A stretch of 62,260 bases of DNA, counting the filler. It is 4 parts of 4 records of this genome, joined end to end, with 100 filler letters (N's around TTAATTAATTAA, not from the genome) between each part and the next. Parts side by side here need not be neighbours in the genome. Positions count along the whole stretch, not along the records: positions 40,779 to 56,116 come from DRR723986_6662; positions 56,217 to 62,260 come from DRR723986_6669; 2 more parts are not named here. One strand, written 5' to 3'. The notes beneath the pieces are model-generated. The model was given only the letters and a program-made list of their open reading frames with translations, made no database searches and had not been told where the DNA came from. Within the stretch, counting starts at the first letter, position 1, and each line of letters begins with the position of its first letter. A program made the position numbers and the translations under genes. Shown piece by piece: positions 49,201 to 58,153 of the stretch.

Positions 49201-50879
49201 TCCTGCGCCAAGGAGCAAAGGCAGGCTTTGTCTAACGGCTCGTATATTCGGTCCCAAAATGCGTCAAATATCTGATACTCGGTCTGCGGCGTCCAATCTC
49301 GTTCCGGGCTCGATTTGACAATGCTACTGTAAACAGACGCAAGAAGCGGTTTCTTCAGCGGGCTGCGAACAAAATGCGGCAAGCTTAACCAAGACTCTCC
49401 CAATACTTTTCGAAGGTAAGTCTCAATCTCTTCATTATTGAAGTCACCAACTTCAACAACCGAGCATCGACCATCAGTATCCCGATCCACTTGCTTTGCT
49501 ATGTCTTTATCGACTCCCAATACAACTCGAATTCCCCACTCTTCCCAGTCCTCAGCAACGAGGTCGCTTGCAAGTCTCAGGTCAACAACTCGATCTACAC
49601 ATAGCGTAAGCCAAGGTTGGCCAAGATTTTTGTTAACAACTGCCAGTCGGCGACCAATTTGAAACAACGGGATCGATTCGTCATGTCTCGCTGCCTCCTG
49701 CCATATCTCATCAGCTGCCTTTCGAAGGGTTGCCTCGCAGCTATCAGCTGCTTGCACACAAATCGAGAATCGGGAGGTGTCTTGCTCATGGTTACAAAGA
49801 CTGTAGCTCGTCCACGACTTTCCACAGCCGCTTTCGCCTGTCACCAAAAGTACTGGCGTCGAGTTCCTCCATCCACTTAGGATCTGCTTTGAAAAGCTAA
49901 CTCTCGCGTCTTCAGTTGGATCATATCTGAGTCTGGACAGCTTTCGAGTTGTGACTGAGCGCACTGCGGTAGTGAGTAGGCCGAGATCGGTCAAGGGTAT
50001 CGCTGATAGCCCCTGAGACTCAAAGAAGGTGTTACAGTCAATAGTAACTCCGCCCTGCGTAGCGAGTCTAGCAAGCTCCATAGCCAGCGCATCACGCATT
50101 CGCTCCACGTCGTCGTTTCGCCCAACAACGGCAAGAAGATGGGTATCTATTCGAGATTGGACGGATGCTTGGGTTTCGCCCCCGACAAATTCAAAGTTTC
50201 CCAGCAAAGCTCGAAGCCTTCTCTGTGTTGCAGCCGTAGATTCGGCCTTCGAAACAGTTTTTCGCTTGCGAAGCTGTGAAGTGATTTTTTCGAAAAGAGT
50301 CCGCTCGGTATAGTTCTCGTCGTTCCAAAACTCATCTTCTGCTTTCTTTGCTTTCCTTGAACTTCGACGAAACTTGAGCTGGATCGAATCTTCAAGATCC
50401 GCTAGCGGGTCATCCGGGCATTCTCGATTGCGCAGCGACCGAAAAAATCTGTAAACGTCTCTCCAATCGCCAATCCTACCTTCAGTGACGAATCTGAATT
50501 CGACATTCTCTACTTCCCTTGGCGTCGCAGCGTAGAGATCCGGTAAGACAGACTCGACAACCTCACGCAACGACCATGTTCCCAGATTAGGCCGCGCTTT
50601 CAGCTGCTCAACTACCGTCTTTAGCCCTTCTTTGAAGACGATATCGCCTCCGCCACCGGGAGGCTCAAGAACGAGGAGCATGTCTACTGGTTGACCCTTG
50701 TCGATGACAGGGGCGCGTGCAAGTCTTGCTTTCGAAGCCCTCAACAAACTCCAGAGGGTTTGATACAAGACTCCATTTACAGTAGCTGAGCCACCAGCGG
50801 GCACATATTGGGTTTGCTGTTTATTCACTGCCTGATCTTGGAAAACGCACGGATAACTTTCCGAGCCTCGGAAATTCAC
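46203..50879 (-). CDS. Avs-like protein: N-terminal Cap4-like PD-(D/E)xK nuclease + STAND-type NTPase + HEAT-like repeats
   Basis: GVLYQ...EP...GDI...EQLK; Walker A GESGCGKS; Walker B LCVD; PLLA; long helical C-terminus; true start may be 50828. Confidence 0.7.
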   Translation of the reverse strand: MNFRGSESYPCVFQDQAVNKQQTQYVPAGGSATVNGVLYQTLWSLLRASKARLARAPVIDKGQPVDMLLVLEPPGGGGDIVFKEGLKTVVEQLKARPNLGTWSLREVVESVLPDLYAATPREVENVEFRFVTEGRIGDWRDVYRFFRSLRNRECPDDPLADLEDSIQLKFRRSSRKAKKAEDEFWNDENYTERTLFEKITSQLRKRKTVSKAESTAATQRRLRALLGNFEFVGGETQASVQSRIDTHLLAVVGRNDDVERMRDALAMELARLATQGGVTIDCNTFFESQGLSAIPLTDLGLLTTAVRSVTTRKLSRLRYDPTEDARVSFSKQILSGWRNSTPVLLVTGESGCGKSWTSYSLCNHEQDTSRFSICVQAADSCEATLRKAADEIWQEAARHDESIPLFQIGRRLAVVNKNLGQPWLTLCVDRVVDLRLASDLVAEDWEEWGIRVVLGVDKDIAKQVDRDTDGRCSVVEVGDFNNEEIETYLRKVLGESWLSLPHFVRSPLKKPLLASVYSSIVKSSPERDWTPQTEYQIFDAFWDRIYEPLDKACLCSLAQDCIENEHTSWTFEAFKNAGFNETNLRRLQTNGWLRMADSGLLPKYEFTHLRLLNWACAVSLIEEYCKDGSEEKIEQYLHDFLWESQSRFLGFVTMDFLWLALKAEPLKGQVPKIIRRLERENYNYQESLFKELLPTLGDTVVETLVALLLEHIDDPVLSNLLTTSVCRAGGENAAVIGRELLDSDNKTVQMRGAAILAQSPDEAAMDALWKLHTDSQKNNREYLRPFEEKQEHLLYDRTFEPLRRCLQQAASWLEEQIIAADPEHEPLSDLAYLLGNLPYEEGRPIWLRQKSLLFRKMPVDKRRSLAMCIDRFADKDEINWLTESVDIQDDWLGPAALRALARLQPQVALEQLDNLDSQSFRMANGWFSDQLFTSCREETLEKLASMMSEPERLWSVAKIFHARFHFVNVKILDLMLNQFTSDLRELLSDSEACPNNKFFQQFQLLIQANTESQLKHLETYRDSDLENLLVEYVVRIGPPKGNYSDSQTRSDAIQLLQRIQGDGFPNAVNSLLSAETDVGRFEGLKYALRQPNAQTLSLLKKVSEIEECSEQRHYHEQCQAALALAESGSWEPVLELVRRIGLRSELKITYLPKQDYRPDPALLEGFRASIENSKGHATPGQILVLGFGASKCADTLTSFIANKRPVGELAHACTIALDLLDDSKTENVEFLSSQLIVEEHRHAAINALISNGSTAAWDVLHEHNQAIYSEAISINLIHRSTHSEDAVRKSAIASMQDAMLQSARFDTNVLYLVRNLDDDDARDLLSPRDLQSFIRQKAFEAEGRSWSTGSKAAAISCLDVFDNASAIEAAAAALRNPKSHDRRYYASILTSIGDDSTHQVLLDIMESEEDKEVRAAIGLAVAEKANDDFLCELFNDQNESKRTLACSLARWRKPTESIKSELQKALADPIDSVAREAASSLVELRRQEETIKLCSKLTSASTVSQRWLLLVCALELADPINEHHRWPLYGPDVWEYLTPNQVRYAYDRLERRRKEQWK

Positions 50880-50991
50880 GTTGGCTCAATTCTAGCAGGG
50901 ATTCCGGTGCGACGACTGCACCTGAGATTACCGCTCCCACTTCTGACAACACTTGGATTCGACTGAAACCCGAGTGGCCTAAGAAGTAAAT

Positions 50992-51900
50992 CTAGAACAT
51001 CTGAACGTTGTTGTTGATCCGATGCCGCACTTCCTCTAGCGCCTCAACCAAAGACTGCTCAACCTCAAAGTAGTTCTCAATCTTCGAAGCTGAGACCGTA
51101 ACCTTGATGCCATTCTCAGTTGAGAAGACTTGCTTCGTCCCGCGAGCCTTCGCCTTCGATTTCCCTTTATGCTTCCGAGCAACCGAGGCAGCTTGCGTAG
51201 TGGTAAGCTCTCCACGTGCGGCTCTCTCGGCCATTTCACGTCGGGCATCATCATCCTTGAGTTTGCTCAGTTCATACGCTGAGCGGGCTGCTAGCTCTCC
51301 AGAATCGACTTTCTCTTGAAGGTCTTTAGGAAGAGTGAGAAGCGACAGAGCACGACTGACCTTGGAAGGGTTAACTCGAAGCGCCTCAGCCACTTGTTTT
51401 CCGTTCCAAGCATTGAGTTCCATCAACTGAGAAAACGCCCTGGCTTCTTCCATGGGTTTTAGATCTTCACGAAGAAGATTCTCAACTAGCTGCTGCTCAA
51501 GAATCTCAGACTCAGCAAGCTCTCCGTCATGAAAGTAACAGTCAACGGTTTCAAGCTCCGCTGCTCTGCTAGCGCGCCACCGCCGTTCACCAGAAATGAT
51601 TAACCACTTCTGATGCGTGTCAGACCACCGGACGCGAATCGGATGGAGCTGGCCTTTGTCCTTGATACTCTTCGATAGCTCTTGAATCGCTTCTTCGGTA
51701 AATTCCGTACGTGGCTGACCAGGGTCTGGCATCACGCGATCGATTTCAACGCGGCCAAAGGTTCGAAGAGGCCGTCTTCCAACGTCTTTGGAATTTGGCA
51801 CTGGACTTAACTGCGGCCGGGTTTCAACTGTGCGAACTCCCATGGATTCATCGAGTTGAGCGCTAAACTGGGAAAGTGCGTTTCGTGTACTGGATGCCAT
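50992..51900 (-). CDS. parB: ParB/RepB/Spo0J partition protein
   Basis: PDPGQPRTEF, GQLHPI, ISGERRWRA, ENLLREDL, HTH. Confidence 0.93.
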   Translation of the reverse strand: MASSTRNALSQFSAQLDESMGVRTVETRPQLSPVPNSKDVGRRPLRTFGRVEIDRVMPDPGQPRTEFTEEAIQELSKSIKDKGQLHPIRVRWSDTHQKWLIISGERRWRASRAAELETVDCYFHDGELAESEILEQQLVENLLREDLKPMEEARAFSQLMELNAWNGKQVAEALRVNPSKVSRALSLLTLPKDLQEKVDSGELAARSAYELSKLKDDDARREMAERAARGELTTTQAASVARKHKGKSKAKARGTKQVFSTENGIKVTVSASKIENYFEVEQSLVEALEEVRHRINNNVQMF

Positions 51901-51907
51901 ACAGCCT

Positions 51908-52720
51908 CTATGCAATGTTTCTTCGTTGGATCTTACCTGCAGCGCGAGACATGATTTCATTCATCAGTTCTCGCATCACAATAGCTGCTCGAGTTTTTGG
52001 TCCGTACTGCTCTACCGGCTGCCGACAGGCGAGTGCCACTTTAAACGCAGACGCTTCAGGCACTGTGGTTTCAAGTGCCAGCTCGCGGTAGAGGTCTTTG
52101 AGCCGCTCTTTATATGAGCGGTGAACTAGAAGTCGCTTGTCATAGCGTGTTACCAAATGGCCTAAACGTCTGAGCTCTGGATTTAGCTTGCGAGCGTTAT
52201 CAATTGCTTGGTGAACGGCGCGCAGGCCTTGCGTTCCGAAATCCTCTGGTGGAACTGGAATCAACACATAGTCGGCTGCAATCATCGCGTTCCAACTACA
52301 TTGGTAGAGGTTTGGCGGACAGTCGATAAGCACGATGTCAAAGCCGTCCTGCTCTTCGAGGAACTCGCGAAGTGCATACTGCATCATCTCTCCGTATTCC
52401 GGGTTCGGTGAGTTGAAGGTTGCCAAGTGTTGATTAGTTGGAACGAGTGAGATGTTCTCGAACGGTGTTTGTCGAATCAGTGACTGGCGATCGAGGAAGA
52501 ACGAGTCTTCATCAAAGAGCGCAGCAAGGGTTTCGTTCTTTGGAAGATTCTCGACGAGATCTGATCCCAGAAATCCTTGGCTGAGTGAGCCTTGCGGATC
52601 TGCATCGATGAGCAACACTCGATGACCAGCTGCAGCAAATGTTCCTGCAAGATGAAAGCAGGTTGAACTCTTGCCGCAGCCACCCTTCTGATTGATTAAG
52701 CAAAATGCAATATGTGCCAC
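51908..52720 (-). CDS. parA: ParA ATPase
   Basis: NQKGGCGKSS, IDADPQGS, IDCPP. Confidence 0.95.
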   Translation of the reverse strand: MAHIAFCLINQKGGCGKSSTCFHLAGTFAAAGHRVLLIDADPQGSLSQGFLGSDLVENLPKNETLAALFDEDSFFLDRQSLIRQTPFENISLVPTNQHLATFNSPNPEYGEMMQYALREFLEEQDGFDIVLIDCPPNLYQCSWNAMIAADYVLIPVPPEDFGTQGLRAVHQAIDNARKLNPELRRLGHLVTRYDKRLLVHRSYKERLKDLYRELALETTVPEASAFKVALACRQPVEQYGPKTRAAIVMRELMNEIMSRAAGKIQRRNIA

Positions 52721-52748
52721 AGCGCCTCATTAGTATGGATGCGGGAGG

Positions 52749-53823
52749 ATTGCCCGTGGCAATTCCGTCTAACCCGCTGTATTTACTTTCAATACGCTGA
52801 CACGCGGTACTGAAGGTCGTCAAGGCAATTCTTTTGCGCTCAGACGCGACGGCTCGTCAGTACGTGTCGTTTGCGTCGCGCAAACGCTTAATTGGCTTGC
52901 TGCGTGGCAATTTCTAGCTGGGTGAGAGCGATTGCCAATGGCAATTCCGTCGAAGGCTTCGTAAACACTTAGCTTTTAGGCAATCTATGCCCAGAAGGTC
53001 TGGTGGCAATCGCACTGCATTTGGCAATTACCCGCCTGAGAGACGCTTTGAGACGAGTTCATAGAGATAGACATGAGTTTCTTTGACACCAGCCGGAAGC
53101 AGCGTCCAGCCGCAGACGACTGTAAACAGCAGAAGGCCAGTAGCTACAACAAGCTCGCTGCCACTTCCAACTCGAATGCTTGAGAACGAAAGTCTGCGCT
53201 GCGAGAACGGCGCAAAGCATGGAATGCCCGAACTCGTACAAGCGTCCCCCAGTAGATGGGCTGTGTAGCCGAGCGCAAACCACATCAGCCACTCAAGGCT
53301 AGACGCATATCCAAGAGCAAAGAATCCAAACGCGAGAAGCGGCGAGTGTAAAAGTCCTCGATGCCGAAAGAAGACATGAACCAGGGAAACGCCAAAGCTA
53401 GCGACGATATCAACAAACTCACCGAGTGTTCGACCGAGGAAGCGACGCAGGATCGTGCCCGGTTTTGTGATAACTCCGTTGCCATCGATATCCGGTGCAA
53501 GCGAGCCAACAAGCAGAGCAAGCAAGTCCACTGCACCGGGAGTAAACGCGGTGAGCCGACCGATGAGAACCGCGGCGGCTAGTCCAGAGATTGCATGCGT
53601 GGGACCAGTCAACTCAAGCCTCCCCTATTTCCTACCAAATGAGAATCAAATCTATACAGACACCCAATACGAAGGCTTACCTGAAGCGGGAACAAACAGA
53701 AACGCCTAAGAGAACTCCAAGGGCGAGAACGCACCAAAGAGGGTTGCTAAGTACGTGTCCTTTGCGTCGCGCTGTAAACATCTGCGCAATTGCGTTTTCA
53801 AAATCCCGATTGCCAGTGGCAAT
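52749..53823. repeat. parS-like palindromes ATTGCC-N3-GGCAAT
   Basis: Copies at 52749-52763, 52931-52945, 53809-53823, with degenerate GGCAAT half-sites nearby. Confidence 0.65.
53028..53612 (-). CDS. YdjM-like membrane-bound metal-dependent hydrolase
   Basis: TH, GSLAPDID, HRGLLHS, GYTAHLLGD. Confidence 0.85.
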   Translation of the reverse strand: MTGPTHAISGLAAAVLIGRLTAFTPGAVDLLALLVGSLAPDIDGNGVITKPGTILRRFLGRTLGEFVDIVASFGVSLVHVFFRHRGLLHSPLLAFGFFALGYASSLEWLMWFALGYTAHLLGDACTSSGIPCFAPFSQRRLSFSSIRVGSGSELVVATGLLLFTVVCGWTLLPAGVKETHVYLYELVSKRLSGG

Positions 53824-53956
53824 TCCCTGCAAGGTACTGATTTGGCGAAGCTTCTAGTCAACATCTGCTGCCAAGGTCTGCGGCAAAATACTTCGGTGCG
53901 GTACTTGGCAAAGCGTGCTACGTGGTGCTTTAAGAGACTTAAACTGAAGGCAAGCC

Positions 53957-55237
53957 ATGCAAGCAAAAAAGAAAGTTCAAAAGCGCCCTATTGGGATCGG
54001 ACAATTGTCCCTGGTTGAGCACGCACTCTGCCCGCTCGACCCCCGCTTATCGCTGGTTGAGAATCTTGTCTTTGATGCCAAGTATCAGTACACCGCAGCG
54101 GACCGTCAGCGAGAAGCCGCTCAAGCTAAAGTCTTCTCCCCGCTTGGGCTCTCCGCTGCTGATGAGCTCTACCTCTGGGGGCTGCTCGCGCTCACCCTTC
54201 AGCAGGCTGATAGCGACGGTGAGCTCTTTGCTACTCCGCATTGGTGCTTGAGGCAACTCGGCGTTATTAACCAGACGAACAAGCGCGGTGGCCGTCAGTA
54301 CAAGCAGTTTGCAGAAGCCATCAAACGCCTCTCTGCGGTGACCTACATGAACGATGCATTCTACGATCCAGTTCGCGGGGAGCATCGAAGAGTCAGCTTT
54401 CGCTTCTTTAGCTACAGCCTACCGGTGCATCTAAACTCATCTCGAGCCTGGCGCATCGCATGGGACCCGGTCTTCTATGAGATGGTAAGCTCATCATCTG
54501 GGCACTTCCGTTTTGACATCGCAGTGTACCGGGAGCTAGACGCGGCCAGCAGAAGATTGTTCCTGTTTGTTACCAAGGTGCTCTCTCGCAAGGTCCGGCT
54601 TCGAGCCCTGTCGCTTGAGCACGTTGCTGTTGATTTACTTGGCTTCTCCCCTACCCTGCGCCCACGCGACATGAAAGCCAAAGTCAGCCGCTGCCTCAAG
54701 AAGCTCCAGGAATTCCTAATTCTCAAAGACGCTGAAGTGTTTAAGACCTCAGCTGGAAACTACTTCGTAAAACTCTCTCGTGGCCCCTACTTCGAGCACC
54801 GCATTGCAAACAAAGCAGAAGCTGCCAAGACCACTGAGTGCCCACTGTTTGAGACACTGGTAAAGATTGGCTTTGAGCCTCTACCTGCCGCACGGCTCAT
54901 TAAGCGTTTCCCACGACGTCTGCTTAGCGAATGGGCTGACATTACGCAGGCCGCTGAGGAGCGACATGGTAAGAGCTTTTTTAAGAAGAGCCCGATGGCG
55001 TATCTCGTTGACTCGGTCACTAGCGCAGCTGCCGGCACACGCACTCCGCCTGATTGGTGGATGGATCTAAAGAAGGCTGAGTCTCAGCCAGTAGAACTCT
55101 CGGATGAAAGTCAGGAGCTCTTCTCAAGACTACGCCAAGAACTCTTTCAAGAAGAAGTCACTGATAAGTTGGTTGCACTTGATGGCGGTGCTTCTTCTAG
55201 TGTGTCTAGTGTTGGCGACATCCTAGCTGGCAAATAG
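53957..55237 (+). CDS. Probable plasmid replication initiator
   Basis: Divergent from parAB; followed by iterons and a DnaA box; sequence resembles planctomycete RepA-type proteins (from recollection). Confidence 0.6.
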   Translation: MQAKKKVQKRPIGIGQLSLVEHALCPLDPRLSLVENLVFDAKYQYTAADRQREAAQAKVFSPLGLSAADELYLWGLLALTLQQADSDGELFATPHWCLRQLGVINQTNKRGGRQYKQFAEAIKRLSAVTYMNDAFYDPVRGEHRRVSFRFFSYSLPVHLNSSRAWRIAWDPVFYEMVSSSSGHFRFDIAVYRELDAASRRLFLFVTKVLSRKVRLRALSLEHVAVDLLGFSPTLRPRDMKAKVSRCLKKLQEFLILKDAEVFKTSAGNYFVKLSRGPYFEHRIANKAEAAKTTECPLFETLVKIGFEPLPAARLIKRFPRRLLSEWADITQAAEERHGKSFFKKSPMAYLVDSVTSAAAGTRTPPDWWMDLKKAESQPVELSDESQELFSRLRQELFQEEVTDKLVALDGGASSSVSSVGDILAGK

Positions 55238-55398
55238 CTCTAAACTCCAAATTCCAAAAGCAGCTCCCCTTTGGTTGTACAGTACTCTTGTACCAAAGTA
55301 CTTTGTACGGCTGGTTTAACTGACCTTCTGGATAGCCCGAAAACATAGTGTTCTCAAGTGCTTAGGCGTGTTCGCGAAGGTTCTAGAGTTAAGCAAAA

Positions 55399-55518
55399 CG
55401 CGACGCCACCGACACGCCTAAATCACCAAAGCGCGACGCTCCCGACACGCATTTAGCCCCCTCAAGCGCGACGCCACCGACACGTCAATAAATCAGTCGG
55501 TTACTGGAGTTATCCACA
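55399..55518 (+). repeat. Iteron cluster plus DnaA box (putative oriV)
   Basis: CGCGACGC-CAC/TCC-CGACACG at 55399, 55432, 55467; perfect TTATCCACA at 55510-55518. Confidence 0.75.
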
Positions 55519-56116
55519 GGCGCAAAAAGCTCATTTTAGGGGCTTACTTCTCAGTGCAGATGCGCTAAGCAGGTCCCATGTAGCGATTTGCTACGTTGTC
55601 GATTTTGCTAAACGCGCTGCTTCGAGCTTAGTGCAAATTCACTTAAGCCAGGGGTGGCAAGCATGACAGACTTTGACAGGCAATCGCACCCGGTAAACCA
55701 GAACTCACCATTCTGACTAAGGGAAGCAGAGTTTACCACTGCTTAAGCGATTGACCCGTAGAGCTGGATGCATGGAGACGTGCTTGTCCAGTTCGACGGA
55801 GGCTTTGTCGAGTAATCCGACTGATTTCGTGGGTTCGCTGCTTCTGTATCGCAGCTGAACTTATCGGTCGAGTAATCCGACAATTCGATCCGATGCAATC
55901 GGTGACCGCCTAGCAGTACTGTTTAGCCTCGGGCGGGGGCGATGCGGACAGACCTAAGAGCCGACGTATGGCTCTTAGGCCGTCATCATTCAAAGCAGGT
56001 GAGGTGAGAGCTCATGAGAGCCGCGTAATCCTGCTCAGGGGGCTCAGGAGTGTTTAGAGAGCACTTCGTTCAACCTGGCCAGCGTGGGGAGCTTCGAGCC
56101 TGGTGACAGGCCGAAC

Positions 56117-56216
56117 NNNNNNNNNNNNNNNNNNNNNNNNNNNNNNNNNNNNNNNNNNNNTTAATTAATTAANNNNNNNNNNNNNNNNNNNNNNNNNNNN
56201 NNNNNNNNNNNNNNNN
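56117..56216. other. Artificial contig linker
   Basis: N/TTAATTAATTAA/N. Confidence 0.98.
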
Positions 56217-57143
56217 ATCCGTGCCTTCGAGGACAACGCCAACCAGCTTTACCTGTCGGCGAAGATGCCGGGCCTGACCCACATGTATTCCGGTCAGGAA
56301 GCCGTGGCCGTCGGCATCTGCGAAGCGCTGACGCCCGAAGACAAGATCACGTCGACGCACAGGGGGCACGGTCACTGTGTCGCCAAGGGCGCGCATTTCA
56401 AGGAAATGTTCTGCGAGCTTCTGGGCAAGGAAGAGGGCTATTGCCGGGGCAAGGGCGGATCGATGCATATCGCCGACCAGGCCAATGGCAACCTTGGTGC
56501 CAACGCCATTGTCGGCGGTTCCATGGGCATTGCCACCGGATCGGCACTCACCGCCAAGCGTCTGGGCACCGGGCACGTCACCGTGTGTTTCTTCGGAGAT
56601 GGCGCGACAGCACAGGGGCTCTGGTACGAGGTCATGAACATGGCCGCGCTCTGGAAGCTCCCTGTCATCTACGCCTGCGAGAACAACGGTTACAGCGAAT
56701 ACACCAGGACCGAGGAAATCGCGGCCGGTTCGCTCACCGCCCGGGCGGAAGCTTTCGGCATCGAGAGCTTCAAGGTCGATGGCCAGGATGTACTGGCCGT
56801 GAACAAGCTGGCGGGAGAGCTCGCCGCCCGCTGCCGAAAGGGCGAAGGCCCGTTCTTCATCGAACTCGACACCTATCGCTATCACGGCCACCACGTCGGC
56901 GACATCAACCGCGACTACTACCGCGACAAGGATGAAGAGACGGAGTGGAAGTCTGCGCGCGACCCGATCACCAACTTCGGCAAGTGGCTGATCGACCAGA
57001 AGATCATGACCGCCGACGAACTGGTGGCCATCGACAATGAAATCGCCGCCGATGCGGAAGCTGCCGTCAAATATGCGCTCGACGCGAAATATCCGGATGT
57101 GCGGGAAGTGGACATGCATGTCTACGCCGACACGGCCGCCTGA
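56217..57143 (+). CDS. TPP-dependent dehydrogenase E1 alpha (acetoin dehydrogenase-like), 5' truncated
   Basis: Open from contig start (IRAFED...); GQEA, THRGHGH, GKGGSMH, GDGA...NN, YRYHGH. Confidence 0.92.
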   Translation: MRAFEDNANQLYLSAKMPGLTHMYSGQEAVAVGICEALTPEDKITSTHRGHGHCVAKGAHFKEMFCELLGKEEGYCRGKGGSMHIADQANGNLGANAIVGGSMGIATGSALTAKRLGTGHVTVCFFGDGATAQGLWYEVMNMAALWKLPVIYACENNGYSEYTRTEEIAAGSLTARAEAFGIESFKVDGQDVLAVNKLAGELAARCRKGEGPFFIELDTYRYHGHHVGDINRDYYRDKDEETEWKSARDPITNFGKWLIDQKIMTADELVAIDNEIAADAEAAVKYALDAKYPDVREVDMHVYADTAA

Positions 57144-57154
57144 GGAGGGACGCC

Positions 57155-58153
57155 ATGACACGTGAAATCACCCTGTCCAGGGCCGTCAACGAGGCCATCG
57201 CGGAAGAAATGCGCCGGGATCCGTCGATCATTCTCCTGGGCGAAGACGTTGCCGAGGCCGGAACGCCGTTCAAGGTGCTGTCCGGCCTGGTGGAGGAGTT
57301 TGGAACGGACCGGATCATCGATACGCCGATTTCCGAACCCGGCTTCATGGGCATTGCCGTTGGTGCGGCGATGACCGGACTGAGGCCGATCGTCGACCTG
57401 ATGTTCGGCGACTTTCTCTATCTGGTCATGGATCAGCTCTGCAATCAGGCCGCCAAGACCCACTATATGTCCGGCGGCAAGCTGAACGTGCCGCTGGTCC
57501 TGCGTACCAACATGGGCGCGACCCGGCGCTCCGCCGCCCAGCACAGCCAGTCCCTGCAGGCGCTTGTCGCCCACATTCCGGGACTGAAGGTCGCCATGCC
57601 ATCTTCGGCTTACGAGGCAAAGGGCCTGATGAAGACCGCAATCCGGGACAACAACCCGGTGGTGATCTTCGAAGACAAGCTGATGTACAACGACAAGGCC
57701 CCGGTGCCGGAGGAAGAATACCTGATCCCCTTCGGCCAGGCGCACATCAAGCGCGAGGGCCGGGACGTCACGCTGGTGGCGACCTCCTCCATGGTGCAGG
57801 TGGCCGAGGAAGCGGCGGAAACGTTGTCCCGCGAGGGCATCAGCGCGGAGATAATCGACCCGCGCACGATCGTGCCGCTGGATGAGGAAACCATCCTGCG
57901 TTCAGTCCGCAAGACGTCGCGCGCCATCGTCATCGACGAAGGCCACCAGAGCTACGGCGTGACGGCGGAAATCGCAGCGCGGATCAGCGAGAAAGCTTTC
58001 TACCACCTCGACGCGCCGGTCATCCGCATGGGCGCCATGGACGTGCCGGTGCCATTTTCGCCTGCCCTTGAAGACATCACCGTTCCGAATGCCGCAGGAG
58101 TTGCCGACAACGCGCGCAAGATCTGCCGCGGGGAGCTGGTCCATGCCGCATGA
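57155..58153 (+). CDS. TPP-dependent dehydrogenase E1 beta
   Basis: GEDV, DTPISE, AAQHSQ, IDPRT. Confidence 0.93.
   Translation: MTREITLSRAVNEAIAEEMRRDPSIILLGEDVAEAGTPFKVLSGLVEEFGTDRIIDTPISEPGFMGIAVGAAMTGLRPIVDLMFGDFLYLVMDQLCNQAAKTHYMSGGKLNVPLVLRTNMGATRRSAAQHSQSLQALVAHIPGLKVAMPSSAYEAKGLMKTAIRDNNPVVIFEDKLMYNDKAPVPEEEYLIPFGQAHIKREGRDVTLVATSSMVQVAEEAAETLSREGISAEIIDPRTIVPLDEETILRSVRKTSRAIVIDEGHQSYGVTAEIAARISEKAFYHLDAPVIRMGAMDVPVPFSPALEDITVPNAAGVADNARKICRGELVHAA

Noticed and set aside
55399-55484. Mini CRISPR array
   Set aside because: Only three 18-bp repeats with 15-17 nt gaps, no cas genes; adjacent rep and DnaA box fit iterons.
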